Positions 17,739 to 26,733 of a DNA stretch of 64,000 bases are shown here, piece after piece. The notes under the pieces are model-generated. The model had not been told where the DNA came from, did not search any database, and worked only from the letters and a program-made list of their open reading frames with translations. The stretch comes from Patescibacteria group bacterium (GTDB lineage Bacteria > Patescibacteriota > Patescibacteriia > Magasanikbacterales > GWA2-37-8), in the NCBI GenBank assembly GCA_041661385.1, contig JBAZUP010000001.1:7382-71381 (forward strand). Direction: 5' to 3'. Each line of letters starts with the position of its first letter. Position 1 is the stretch's first letter. The position numbers and the translations under genes were made by a program.

Positions 17739-19469
17739 TTATGGTGTGACGATTGCTCCGTTCTTAAATCCTTTATCTGTATTCGGAAGAATGTTTGAAG
17801 TATTATTCAGTTTAATATTAAATTCTTTACCAACCTCATCATCAATTCCGTAATAGGTTGTTGCCGAAATTAAGTTTAAAATATATCCGGCCTGTTCAGC
17901 TTTGGGGGTCACAGACACTTCAAAATAGAATCCGCTTTCACTGTCCGCAGGTACAGCGCTGTCATAAGTCCAGCTCATAGTTCGGTTTGCCTGGTTAAAA
18001 ATCAATTCAGGCCCGATTGTTACGCTTTGTTTCCCGGTAAAGGTGACTCCGGGAGCTAGGGTAAAAATTAAGCGATTGCCACGCAGGGAATTTATTTTGT
18101 CAAAAAGGGTAGTGAATATCCAATATTTGGTTGTTTTGCCAACCTGTGGGGGTAGAAGTCCGCGGCCTAACTGGTCACCTTCATCGGTATAATATCTCGC
18201 CACACTGCGTAGAAATACTTCGGCGGAAAGGGAAATGCTCGTTGCGGATCCGTCGGTTGTAAAAGCTTGCCCCGGCATATCGGCTGCTTCGGCTTCAAAT
18301 ACAGGTTTGATTGTTAGGGTCTTTATTCCGGATGCTTTTTTGTCGAAGTTTGGAAGCAAATATATTTTTATATCAAATTGATCGCCCGAATTTGGTTTGC
18401 CATCGGACAGGGTTGTGCGAGTTTTTTCATTAATTATCAGGTTGTTGCCATCTTTGGTTAGGTGGTTTTCGGTGGCAGTAAGAGCGAGGTCGACTACGCC
18501 AGGTGTGGTTTGGATAATAATCTTTTGGTTTTTTAATGAAAACTGGCTATCATTTTTCCACATTATTCTCACTGGTAAAATTGAAAGCGGTTCCGCATAG
18601 GGTGGAGCTTCTTGCAGTCTGGTCGAAAGAGTAATTCGCGGACTAAACAATTCTAGCCGGTTTTTTTGAGTGCTTTGAATAAAAGTTTTTCCATTAATAA
18701 TCACTCTGGTGTCTGCAGTAAATAGATAATTTCCTCCTTTGGTCGGAGTAAAGAATGTTTCTGAGTAGGAAGTGGTGGCATTTGGAGGTAGTTCAAATAC
18801 CTTATCTATCATTTTTCCGTTAATGTTTAATCGGATATCAGACAGGGTAATATTTCCGGTATTTATTAAATCTACTGAATAGGGTATTTTTTGATTAGAA
18901 AAAGTTTTTGATGGTGAGTTGAGGGTCGCGTGCAAAACGCTGTCTGTAAGAGTGAGTAAATAAATACCAGAAGATTGATCAATATTTGTATTTCCTTCGG
19001 GCTTAAATGAAAGAGTTGCAATTAATTTTTCTGTTTCATTAATATTAGACCAAAGCGTTCCATAGATATCGGCAGAACCGTGGCTTCCGGGCGGAAGGGA
19101 GCCGATTGTAATGGTGTGGTTTTTGAGATCAAGATTAGAAGTGAGTTTTTCGTCAACAATAAACCCCTGAGGTAATCGCAAGGCAAGAATCGCGTTATTA
19201 AGATTTTGTTTGCTGTTGTTTGTATAGTCGATAGAAAGATGTACCGGACTGCCGCTTTTTATTCGTTCTGATCCAAGTGATATAGAAATAGCTACTTCAC
19301 TTCCAATACTGGGTTTCCATGTGAAAAAGAAAGCGCTGCTGCCGAACATTAAAATGGCAAATCCAAGTAGAAACATGTCAAACACAAATAGTTGTTTGGC
19401 GTGTTCATAAACACCGTGATACTTGCGGTGGTAATGGTTATGAAAGAAATTGTAGATAGCTTTAATCAT
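17739..19469 (-). CDS. Membrane-anchored protein with tandem Ig-like (DUF11/CARDB-like) beta domains
   Basis: N-terminal TM, YTNNS, YSVDLINTGN, ARYYTDEGDQLGRGLLPPQVGKTTKYWI. Confidence 0.7.
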   Translation of the reverse strand: MIKAIYNFFHNHYHRKYHGVYEHAKQLFVFDMFLLGFAILMFGSSAFFFTWKPSIGSEVAISISLGSERIKSGSPVHLSIDYTNNSKQNLNNAILALRLPQGFIVDEKLTSNLDLKNHTITIGSLPPGSHGSADIYGTLWSNINETEKLIATLSFKPEGNTNIDQSSGIYLLTLTDSVLHATLNSPSKTFSNQKIPYSVDLINTGNITLSDIRLNINGKMIDKVFELPPNATTSYSETFFTPTKGGNYLFTADTRVIINGKTFIQSTQKNRLELFSPRITLSTRLQEAPPYAEPLSILPVRIMWKNDSQFSLKNQKIIIQTTPGVVDLALTATENHLTKDGNNLIINEKTRTTLSDGKPNSGDQFDIKIYLLPNFDKKASGIKTLTIKPVFEAEAADMPGQAFTTDGSATSISLSAEVFLRSVARYYTDEGDQLGRGLLPPQVGKTTKYWIFTTLFDKINSLRGNRLIFTLAPGVTFTGKQSVTIGPELIFNQANRTMSWTYDSAVPADSESGFYFEVSVTPKAEQAGYILNLISATTYYGIDDEVGKEFNIKLNNTSNILPNTDKGFKNGAIVTP

Positions 19470-19514
19470 TTGATTGATATTATACCTTACTCCTCGTGCA
19501 AACAAAAACTCCCC

Positions 19515-19895
19515 TTATTGAAGTGGGGGAGTTGGTTTGTTGTTTAAAACTGGGGGAACAGCCGGTTTGTTTGTTTCACCGGTTTCAGTCGGTAATTTTG
19601 GTTTTATAGACTTTGGGTTGGGGGAGTAGAGTGGGTTCTTTATTTTCCACTTATCCACATATTGTCCAATACCTTTTTTAAGCAATTTGTTTTTTACGGT
19701 GGTATGTCGTTGTGACCATTTAACTAAGCTTTCAAAATTAAGTTTATATCGTCCGGAAACTACCACATAAGTTACTTCCTGAGATCGTATTGCACGACGG
19801 ATTGTTTGCGAATTAACACCAAAAAGCCGGGCTGCCTCGGATATAGATACCCGAATTAGCTCTTTCTGCTCTTTGTTATTTATGTCTTCGGCCAT
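19515..19895 (-). CDS. Excisionase/MerR-like (HTH_17) DNA-binding protein
   Basis: VSISEAARLFGVNSQTIRRAI winged-HTH followed by GRYKLNFESL. Confidence 0.85.
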   Translation of the reverse strand: MAEDINNKEQKELIRVSISEAARLFGVNSQTIRRAIRSQEVTYVVVSGRYKLNFESLVKWSQRHTTVKNKLLKKGIGQYVDKWKIKNPLYSPNPKSIKPKLPTETGETNKPAVPPVLNNKPTPPLQ

Positions 19896-19912
19896 AGTAT
19901 TTGTACACGGTT

Positions 19913-20090
19913 GTATACGATAGTGTATACATCCTAGCATAAAATCGATTATTTGTCAAGGGGTAAGGCATTAAAAATATTTTATGTTTGTATACAATAT
20001 TGTATACAAACTTTAATACAAAATGGCTAAAATAAGCGATTCACATTTGAAAAAATATGGCATTTTTTTTGTATACAATAGCGTATACAA
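19913..20090. promoter_or_regulatory. Three GTATAC-N6-GTATAC dyads plus minus-strand promoter TTGACA-N17-TAGGAT (19959-19931)
   Basis: GTATAC at 19913/19925, 19990/20002 and 20071/20083; perfect 26-bp palindrome at 19986-20011. Confidence 0.75.
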
Positions 20091-20101
20091 ATATCAAATA
20101 T

Positions 20102-20454
20102 GCGCGGCCTCAGCCGCGCTATTTTTTTATATCGCCCTGTCGGGCGGATGTTCGCTACCCCATTTGTGCAAACAAACGGGGTAGCACCCCAAAATTGCCT
20201 CGCAGTTGTTTCACTCGACAAATGTCACGTCGAAATCAAAACGATTTTTTCAAAGGTGCATAGTCGCATTGAAAAAATCTAATTTCGCCGGCCATTTGCT
20301 CTCGTTCCACAAAGGCTCGGGGGGACATTTGTTGGCCAACCAGTGGGGGTTTGGGGGCCGCCAGCTGTTTGAGGAGCTCGCGCGACGAGTTCTGCCGGCC
20401 CCCAGAACCTTTTGATTACTTTTCAGTTATGAAAAGTGATGCCGCCGGCAGGGC
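20102..20454. repeat. Modular quasi-palindromic non-coding element, copy B
   Basis: Shares the REP-like hairpin, 71-bp block and right arm with copy A; shares the central dyad with copy C. Confidence 0.85.
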
Positions 20455-20495
20455 TAAGGAAATAAGTATTATAGAGAAATGATTGAATTGATTGA

Positions 20496-20572
20496 GCCTG
20501 CCCGCAATGCTACGCATAGCGTTGCAGGCGGGCGACAGCGAGAAAGGGTTCCTCGACTACGCTCGGAATGAC
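20496..20572. repeat. Two short REP-like palindromes
   Basis: GCCTGCCCGCAATGCTA-cgca-TAGCGTTGCAGGCGGGC (20496-533) and TTCCTCGACTACGCTCGGAATGAC (20549-72). Confidence 0.5.
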
Positions 20573-20665
20573 ATTTTGTCCAGTTTAATTGTCAGAGATG
20601 CATATATATGAGCGAATATGCAAAAATCCGCTAAAATACGCCATTTCCCCAAAATATCCCAATGT

Positions 20666-20694
20666 TTGACTATTCACCCATATTTTGATACTAT
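20666..20694 (+). promoter_or_regulatory. sigma70 promoter TTGACT-N17-TACTAT upstream of the ECF gene
   Basis: Near-consensus hexamers with 17-bp spacing. Confidence 0.55.
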
Positions 20695-20762
20695 ATGCCT
20701 TAATTATGTCAGCATTCGGAACCGTTATATATAATAGATAAAGGGAGGTTAAAGTGGCCTAG

Positions 20763-20790
20763 TGTAACACTTTTATTTTTTTTGCGTCTA
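20763..20790 (+). promoter_or_regulatory. ECF-type promoter TGTAAC-N16-CGTCTA (probable autoregulation)
   Basis: AAC/CGT motifs typical of ECF promoters; T-rich spacer; ends 5 bp before the ECF ATG. Confidence 0.7.
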
Positions 20791-20795
20791 CTATA

Positions 20796-21350
20796 ATGTC
20801 AGGTAAATTCTCAGAGAAAATTCTACTGTACCGATTGAAGACGAAGAACGATCCAGAGAGCTACGCGAAACTCTACGACACATACGTGGAACAGATTTAT
20901 CGTTTCGTATATTTTAAAGTGTCCGGTAGAGAAGAAGCAGAAGACATCACCTCGGATGTTTTTTTAAAAGCTTGGCACTATGTACAAGAGGGGCGCGATA
21001 TCAAAAATTTTAAAGCTTTGCTTTATAAAATTGCCCGCAACTGCGTCATAGATTTATATCGAAAAAAATCCTCAAAACCAGAAAGTTATTTAGAAGATCA
21101 GTTGGCAAAAGGTTTTGAAGCTGGCGATCGTGGCGCCTGGTTAAAAAAAGAAACTACCGCGATTGATTCCGAACAAATTTTAAAAGCGTTAAAAAAATTA
21201 AAACAAGAATATCAGGAAGTGATTACGCTCCGGTATGTGGATGAACTTGAAGTAAGTGAGATAGCCGAAATAGTTGGTAAGGGGCCGGTGGCCGTGCGGG
21301 TCACGATTCATCGGGCGATTACAAAACTTAAAACATTTTTGGAAGAATAA
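20796..21350 (+). CDS. ECF RNA polymerase sigma factor
   Basis: Region 2 AEDITSDVFLKAW / LYKIARNCVID and region 4 YQEVITLRY..EIAEIVGK..VRVTIHRA. Confidence 0.95.
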   Translation: MSGKFSEKILLYRLKTKNDPESYAKLYDTYVEQIYRFVYFKVSGREEAEDITSDVFLKAWHYVQEGRDIKNFKALLYKIARNCVIDLYRKKSSKPESYLEDQLAKGFEAGDRGAWLKKETTAIDSEQILKALKKLKQEYQEVITLRYVDELEVSEIAEIVGKGPVAVRVTIHRAITKLKTFLEE

Positions 21351-21356
21351 ACACTT

Positions 21357-22724
21357 ATGAGTCGCGAACTCAAGCGACAACTGAATTCAATGAAGCATGA
21401 GGCTGTAAAGCCAAATGCTGAATGGGTGGCTAAAAACCGCTCGCTTTTGCTTTCTCAAATAAAAAATACTATTCCTCAAAAAGTAAAGGTATCTTTTAAT
21501 ACTCGTTTTGAAGCGGTACTTGCCATCCTTATGCCAGAATCTTTGGTATCCGGCACAGTACGTTTTGTAGCTATCTCACTCATTGTGGTTATGGTTGCTC
21601 CTTCTTTGTATTACGGTACAGTCATGGCTTCGCAAGAATCTTTGCCAGGTGAAAATCTTTATGGCGCCAAACGTTATGCAGAAAAAATTCAGGTTACAGT
21701 AGTTGGTCTTATCGGTAACACCTCAGATGAAACCAAATTGCATGTTGAGCTCGCCAAAAAACGCGCCGATGAAACTAGTAAAATTATTAATGATCCTTCA
21801 AAAATGTCCAATGTTGCTAATACCGTTGCGGACTTACGAAGTGAAATGAATACGATTAGTGATAAATTAGACCAGAGTAAAAATTCCGGCACCATGTCAG
21901 CAGGGGACGCTCAAAATATCAAACAAAACACCGATCAAATTAAGGAAGTTTTACAGGTTGCCAAAAATGATTTAATGGCTGTTTCCGCTGGAAATGATCG
22001 TACTTTAAATGAAGTAAAACAAACCAAAGATTTAGTTCAAGATGTTTCAATGCAGGCCGTAGAAGTTATGGTTACCAAACACCTTGAAGGTGATACCTCA
22101 GTTTCTAAAGCAGAAGTAAAAGCTGCTATTGATTCCACTGTTCAAACCTCAGTTGGTGAAGTTGCTCAATCCAGAGAAAATATTGCCGGCATGCAGACGA
22201 TTTTACAAACTGCCAAATCTGATGTTGGCGGTTTGGTAAATGATTTTAAAGGTTCCGCCATGTCCAGCACCACTCAAGAAATAACAAATAAAATTGCCGT
22301 CGTTTATGACAAAGCCAACCAAGCCGTGCAAGTTACCGATACGATTAGCGAGGAAGCTGGTCGAAAGGCGGTAGAGGTTAAGGCTTTACTTGGTTCCGAT
22401 AATTTAGCTGGAGCAGTAGATCGAATGAAAGAATTGTCACAGGCCTCAAAAGATATTGAAACCATTTCTGATAAAACTATTGAACAAACTCAACCGCTCA
22501 TTCCTATTGTGCAGGTTGTAAAAGATGTTGTCGCAAGTGGCACCACTTCTAGTATCGATATTGTTTCGAGTTCAGTAAAATTATTAACAATTGATGCAAT
22601 TATTTCGACTGGTACCATTAATACCACCAGTCTCACTACTTTACCGCTACCGAAATATCCGACCAGTACTATTAGTACTACACCGAAAGTTCAGTCCAGC
22701 ACGCCGCCAATTAGTACACATTAA
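21357..22724 (+). CDS. Putative anti-sigma factor with a DUF5667-like extracytoplasmic domain
   Basis: 6 bp after the ECF gene; TM helix then SLPGENLYGAKRYAEK..KLHVELAKKRADE; long helical region; S/T/P-rich tail. Confidence 0.75.
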   Translation: MSRELKRQLNSMKHEAVKPNAEWVAKNRSLLLSQIKNTIPQKVKVSFNTRFEAVLAILMPESLVSGTVRFVAISLIVVMVAPSLYYGTVMASQESLPGENLYGAKRYAEKIQVTVVGLIGNTSDETKLHVELAKKRADETSKIINDPSKMSNVANTVADLRSEMNTISDKLDQSKNSGTMSAGDAQNIKQNTDQIKEVLQVAKNDLMAVSAGNDRTLNEVKQTKDLVQDVSMQAVEVMVTKHLEGDTSVSKAEVKAAIDSTVQTSVGEVAQSRENIAGMQTILQTAKSDVGGLVNDFKGSAMSSTTQEITNKIAVVYDKANQAVQVTDTISEEAGRKAVEVKALLGSDNLAGAVDRMKELSQASKDIETISDKTIEQTQPLIPIVQVVKDVVASGTTSSIDIVSSSVKLLTIDAIISTGTINTTSLTTLPLPKYPTSTISTTPKVQSSTPPISTH

Positions 22725-22738
22725 TTTATTTATTCAGG

Positions 22739-22791
22739 TATCCTCTCCCTCCCTGCAACAAAAAGATTTGTTACAGAGAGGGGAGGGAATA
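22739..22791. terminator. Long imperfect hairpin after the anti-sigma gene
   Basis: TATCCTCTCCCTCCCTGCAACAAA..TTTGTTACAGAGAGGGGAGGGAATA. Confidence 0.45.
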
Positions 22792-22954
22792 CGTTATAAA
22801 CCCGAATCAGTTATAAATGTCGAGAGGTGAATAGTCACCTTGGCTGGTTCATTAGTAGTGGATATCGAAGGTCGCAAGGTTTTCGAGTCCGCTCCGCCCT
22901 AAATCGCGATTCCGTCCGGAAAAGCGGTTTGGAGTGATAATATTTATATTTATT

Positions 22955-25900
22955 ATGCAGAATGTATTAAAATTAGGCCGTAAAGTCCTAACCGTTAGTA
23001 CCGTCTTCAGTACCATTTTGTGGTCTGTAGGTGTCTCAGCTTTGGTACCAGCAATGGCCCAAGCCGAAACCTGCCCAACTTTCAAGTCGGGTGACCTCAT
23101 TAAAGTAACTGGCCGACCAGCCATTTACGCTGTTGATTCTAACGGCAAAGTTCTTTATTTCCCAAGTGGAGATGAATTCAAGAGTTGGAATTCCAATGAT
23201 TCCTACGGTGGTTATACCGCCATTTCACAAGCATGTTACGACGCGCTTCCAGTGCCAAGTATGGCCCCAATGGGTGTCAACTTCCGCCCTGGTTCATATG
23301 TTGTCAAGCGCATTTCCTCAGATCAATTATATGTAATAGAACCAAACAACACTTTGGCCAAAGTTACCTCTGAGGTAGCCAAAGCATTGTATGGAACTAC
23401 CTACAAAGCAAGAACAGTAGCCGATGTATTCTGGAACAGTTACACCAACCGTGCAGCTGATCTTACAGAAGCAAAAGCTCACCCAGGCATGCTCATCAGC
23501 AATGGTGGCAAAACCTATTTTGTGAACACCGACGGCTCACTTTCACAAGTTTCAGCCACTGGTTTCACAGCCAACCGCTTCAAACAAGCCTTCGTTCGCC
23601 CGGTCGCCAGCATCGCTGGTTTCACCATGGGTGCCGAAATTGCTGCTGAAGACGGAAAGACTTCTGACCGAACTCAAACTGGCGGCGTAGTTGCAACCAT
23701 TCCTGGTGGCACCGTTTCCGGCGGTTCTGTTTCAGTTGGTCTCGCAATCGATAACCCAGCAGCCGGTTTATTGGCTTCTGGTACCGCTTTCAATAAAGTA
23801 TTGAAAGTTACTTTGACTGCCGGTTCCGCTGATGTTGCTGTTACTGGTTTAACCCTCAAGAAGAGCGGTTTTGCTGCTAACTCAGCTATCAACGGCGCTG
23901 ATGTTGTAGATGCTTCTGGAGTTCGCCACGGCAACGTGTCCGGATCCATTGACACCGACAACAACCTCACCCTATTGTTCTCTGGCTCTCCAATTGTTGT
24001 AAAAGCCAATTCCAGCCAGACTGTAACAGTTCGCGTGAATATTGCCGCATCTGGTACCACCGGTACCATGCAGTTCAGCTTAGCTGGTTCAGGTTCTGTC
24101 ACCACCAACGGTGGTTCAGTATCCGGCAGCTTCCCTGTCACTGGTAACGTTTTCACCTTACAAGATGGTTCAAACGCTATTGCCGCAGTAGCATTGAATG
24201 AACAACCAGTTAACGCCTCTGGCGCTACCTTGAACGTTGATTCAAACAATGAACAAGAAATTGCGAAGTTCTCAATCAATGAAACATCCAGCCGTGAAAA
24301 TGTTCAATTAAGCAGCCTTACCCTTTACAACAATGGTACTTCTGCTGACACTGACATCCAAGATGTTCAATTGGTTGGACAAGACGGCACCGTTCTTGCC
24401 ACAGCTCAACAGCTCAACAAGACCGTTGTCTTCAGCCTCGTCCCTGCTTATAACATCGACAAAGGCGTCACCAAGAACTTTACCGTTCGCGCTAAAATCG
24501 TAAATGGTGCAGCTCGTACCATTCAATTCGTAGTTTACAATGACTATGATGCGATTTTGGTCGGTGGTAACACTGGTGCAAACATCTTACCAACAACCAC
24601 CTCTGGTGGAACTGCTGGTACAGGTACAACTTTCCCAGTAGGTAACAAGACCAGTTATAACCTTGTAACTATTGGTTCAGGTTCTATCAGCTTTAACAAG
24701 GACACCTCTTCACCTTCATCCGCTATTTCCCCAGGAACTAACGGTGTTGTAATCGCGAAATTCTTCGCGAAGCCAACTGGTGAAAACATGGAACTCCGCC
24801 AAATTTCCTTGAACATCGTCACTTCGACCCCGTCATTATTGACTGGTTCAGTAGTTGTCAAGGTTAATGGCGCTTCCGTATGGAGTGGTTCGCCAGCATT
24901 ATTTGCCGGTGCCGCATTAACAGAAACCCTTTCTTCCTATCCTGTCTTGACTGCTGGTCAGAACAGCTACATTACGGTTGAAAGCAATGTTATGAGTGGT
25001 GCTGCTAGTGGCGAAACAGTTTACGCCGCTATGGACCTCGTCCAAGTTAAACGCTTAGTAACCAACGACATTGTTGACCCAGGCACAAACAGCTCACAAG
25101 GCAACACCTTGGCTGTGCAAGCTGCCGCACTGAAGGTAACCACCATGGCTACCCCAGTTGCGCAGAGTGTAGTTGCCGGTTCAGCCGGTGTAGTACTTGC
25201 CAACATTGAATTAAATGCTGGTACAGTATCTTCTGGTGAAGACGTCCGAGTTTCCAAAATTGTCATTTCTGACGTTTGGTCAGGAACTTTGACTGATATT
25301 GGAAACCTCGCATTGTATGATGCTAATGGTAATCAGATTGTGACTACCGCAAGCACCGCTACTAATGCCGCTTCATCTTCGTTCAACCTTGCCAACCCAA
25401 TCACTGTGCCAAAAGCCGGTGCTGTTACTCTCACTCTAAAAGGTGATGTATTAACTGGTACCACTTCAACCCACAAATTCTCCGTTGCTAGCATTGCGGA
25501 CGTTACTGCTACTGGCATTTCAACTGGTAACTCTTTGAGTTCAACCATTACGGGTGGCGTTGGTTCTGGTCAGTTATTGTCCGTTACTGGCTCTGGCACA
25601 TTGTCATTGTCCACAGTTTCTGGTGGTTCAGCCTCACCTTCGAACGACCAAACAGTCCTCGTTGGTCAGACTGCCGTTCCAGTATTCGCAGTTAAATTAA
25701 CTGCACAAAATGAACCAATTAAGATCACCAGCTTCAAGATTACCGCTACTGGTACTATTGGTACATCTAACGACATTGTGAACTTGAAACTTTATCGTGA
25801 CAACGATACAGCTCCGTTCGCATCTGCTGGTCAAATGAACTACGTCAGTGCAAACAACTACACATACACTTGGACTGCTACCGATAACCTGCTCCCAGCA

Positions 25901-26623
25901 GCGGTACAACCAGGCACCCCAGTAACCATCTACGTCAAAGCTGACGTAGGTGCACAGGGAAATGTAGTTATCGGTGACAGCTTCCGCTTCGCATTCGCCA
26001 CCAACACCGACATCGGTGCCAAGGGCGCTTCCAGCGGTCAGACTTTGGTCAATGCTTCTATAGTTGGTACTCCAGCTGTAACTGCATTCACTTCCATTGT
26101 TCCGTTCAGCGTTTCACTCGCTGCACAGGCTCCAACTGGCAACCAGACTCAATCAATTGTGGCTGGCACTCAGTTAGCAATTGTTAAAATCACCAACAAT
26201 GGTGGTTCAAAGATTACTGTTACCGGTGTTAAATTCACTGATAATGGTACTCACTCTGGTTCAACCACAACTTACAAGTTGTATTACTCAGATTTGAACT
26301 CTGTTAATTTCGTTGGTAACACAGCTTCTAGTACTTGGACTAGCGTAGATTTCTCGAATCTTACTGCTTCAAGCACAGGCACCGGTCCCTTCACCATTGA
26401 TGGTGGAGCCTACCGCTACGTCACTGTTGCTATCAATACACTTGGTTCCGCTGTTTCTGGAGATAACTTCCAATTGTCAATTGCATCACTTGGTGATGTG
26501 AAATACTCAGTTGTTGGTTCAGATCTCGGTTATAGCGTAGATGCCAGTGGTAATTTGGCAACTGTTGCAACCGGTCTCAAAGCTGATGGAAAACCATCCT
26601 TAGCCACTCTTTCCAAGCAATAA
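22955..26623 (+). CDS. S-layer-like major surface protein (1222 aa)
   Basis: Signal peptide ending AMAQA; three N-terminal GxLIK/V..xY repeats; tandem Ig-like Ser/Thr/Gly/Ala/Val-rich domains; highly-expressed codon bias (AAC, TTC, ATC); strong terminator. Confidence 0.8.
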   Translation: MQNVLKLGRKVLTVSTVFSTILWSVGVSALVPAMAQAETCPTFKSGDLIKVTGRPAIYAVDSNGKVLYFPSGDEFKSWNSNDSYGGYTAISQACYDALPVPSMAPMGVNFRPGSYVVKRISSDQLYVIEPNNTLAKVTSEVAKALYGTTYKARTVADVFWNSYTNRAADLTEAKAHPGMLISNGGKTYFVNTDGSLSQVSATGFTANRFKQAFVRPVASIAGFTMGAEIAAEDGKTSDRTQTGGVVATIPGGTVSGGSVSVGLAIDNPAAGLLASGTAFNKVLKVTLTAGSADVAVTGLTLKKSGFAANSAINGADVVDASGVRHGNVSGSIDTDNNLTLLFSGSPIVVKANSSQTVTVRVNIAASGTTGTMQFSLAGSGSVTTNGGSVSGSFPVTGNVFTLQDGSNAIAAVALNEQPVNASGATLNVDSNNEQEIAKFSINETSSRENVQLSSLTLYNNGTSADTDIQDVQLVGQDGTVLATAQQLNKTVVFSLVPAYNIDKGVTKNFTVRAKIVNGAARTIQFVVYNDYDAILVGGNTGANILPTTTSGGTAGTGTTFPVGNKTSYNLVTIGSGSISFNKDTSSPSSAISPGTNGVVIAKFFAKPTGENMELRQISLNIVTSTPSLLTGSVVVKVNGASVWSGSPALFAGAALTETLSSYPVLTAGQNSYITVESNVMSGAASGETVYAAMDLVQVKRLVTNDIVDPGTNSSQGNTLAVQAAALKVTTMATPVAQSVVAGSAGVVLANIELNAGTVSSGEDVRVSKIVISDVWSGTLTDIGNLALYDANGNQIVTTASTATNAASSSFNLANPITVPKAGAVTLTLKGDVLTGTTSTHKFSVASIADVTATGISTGNSLSSTITGGVGSGQLLSVTGSGTLSLSTVSGGSASPSNDQTVLVGQTAVPVFAVKLTAQNEPIKITSFKITATGTIGTSNDIVNLKLYRDNDTAPFASAGQMNYVSANNYTYTWTATDNLLPAAVQPGTPVTIYVKADVGAQGNVVIGDSFRFAFATNTDIGAKGASSGQTLVNASIVGTPAVTAFTSIVPFSVSLAAQAPTGNQTQSIVAGTQLAIVKITNNGGSKITVTGVKFTDNGTHSGSTTTYKLYYSDLNSVNFVGNTASSTWTSVDFSNLTASSTGTGPFTIDGGAYRYVTVAINTLGSAVSGDNFQLSIASLGDVKYSVVGSDLGYSVDASGNLATVATGLKADGKPSLATLSKQ

Positions 26624-26673
26624 TCCGCTTGAGTTAGAAACTAAGCACAGTTTCTCGATAGCTCACAATCGTC

Positions 26674-26704
26674 AAAACCACCTGCCTTCGGGCAGGTGGT
26701 TTTT
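26674..26704 (+). terminator. Intrinsic terminator with C(UUCG)G loop
   Basis: AAAACCACCTGCC-TTCG-GGCAGGTGGTTTTT. Confidence 0.9.
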
Positions 26705-26733
26705 GTTTCCTTGGTTTTATTTTAAAACGTTTT

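Noticed and set aside
17118-20415. Small ORFs 17118-17378, 20027-20221, 20057-20263, 20100-20282, 20206-20415 (and 26830-27183), some sharing peptides such as VGRMFATPFVQTNGVAPQNC
   Set aside because: The similarity comes from the DNA repeat; frames and lengths differ between copies, and conservation follows base pairing rather than codons.
22769-22797. ECF-type promoter for the S-layer gene (TGTTAC-N17-CGTTAT)
   Set aside because: Lacks the AAC core, spacing differs from the 20763 motif, and it lies within a hairpin; too weak to call.
23674-24279. 201-aa and other minus-strand ORFs inside the S-layer gene
   Set aside because: Antisense shadows caused by strong codon bias.
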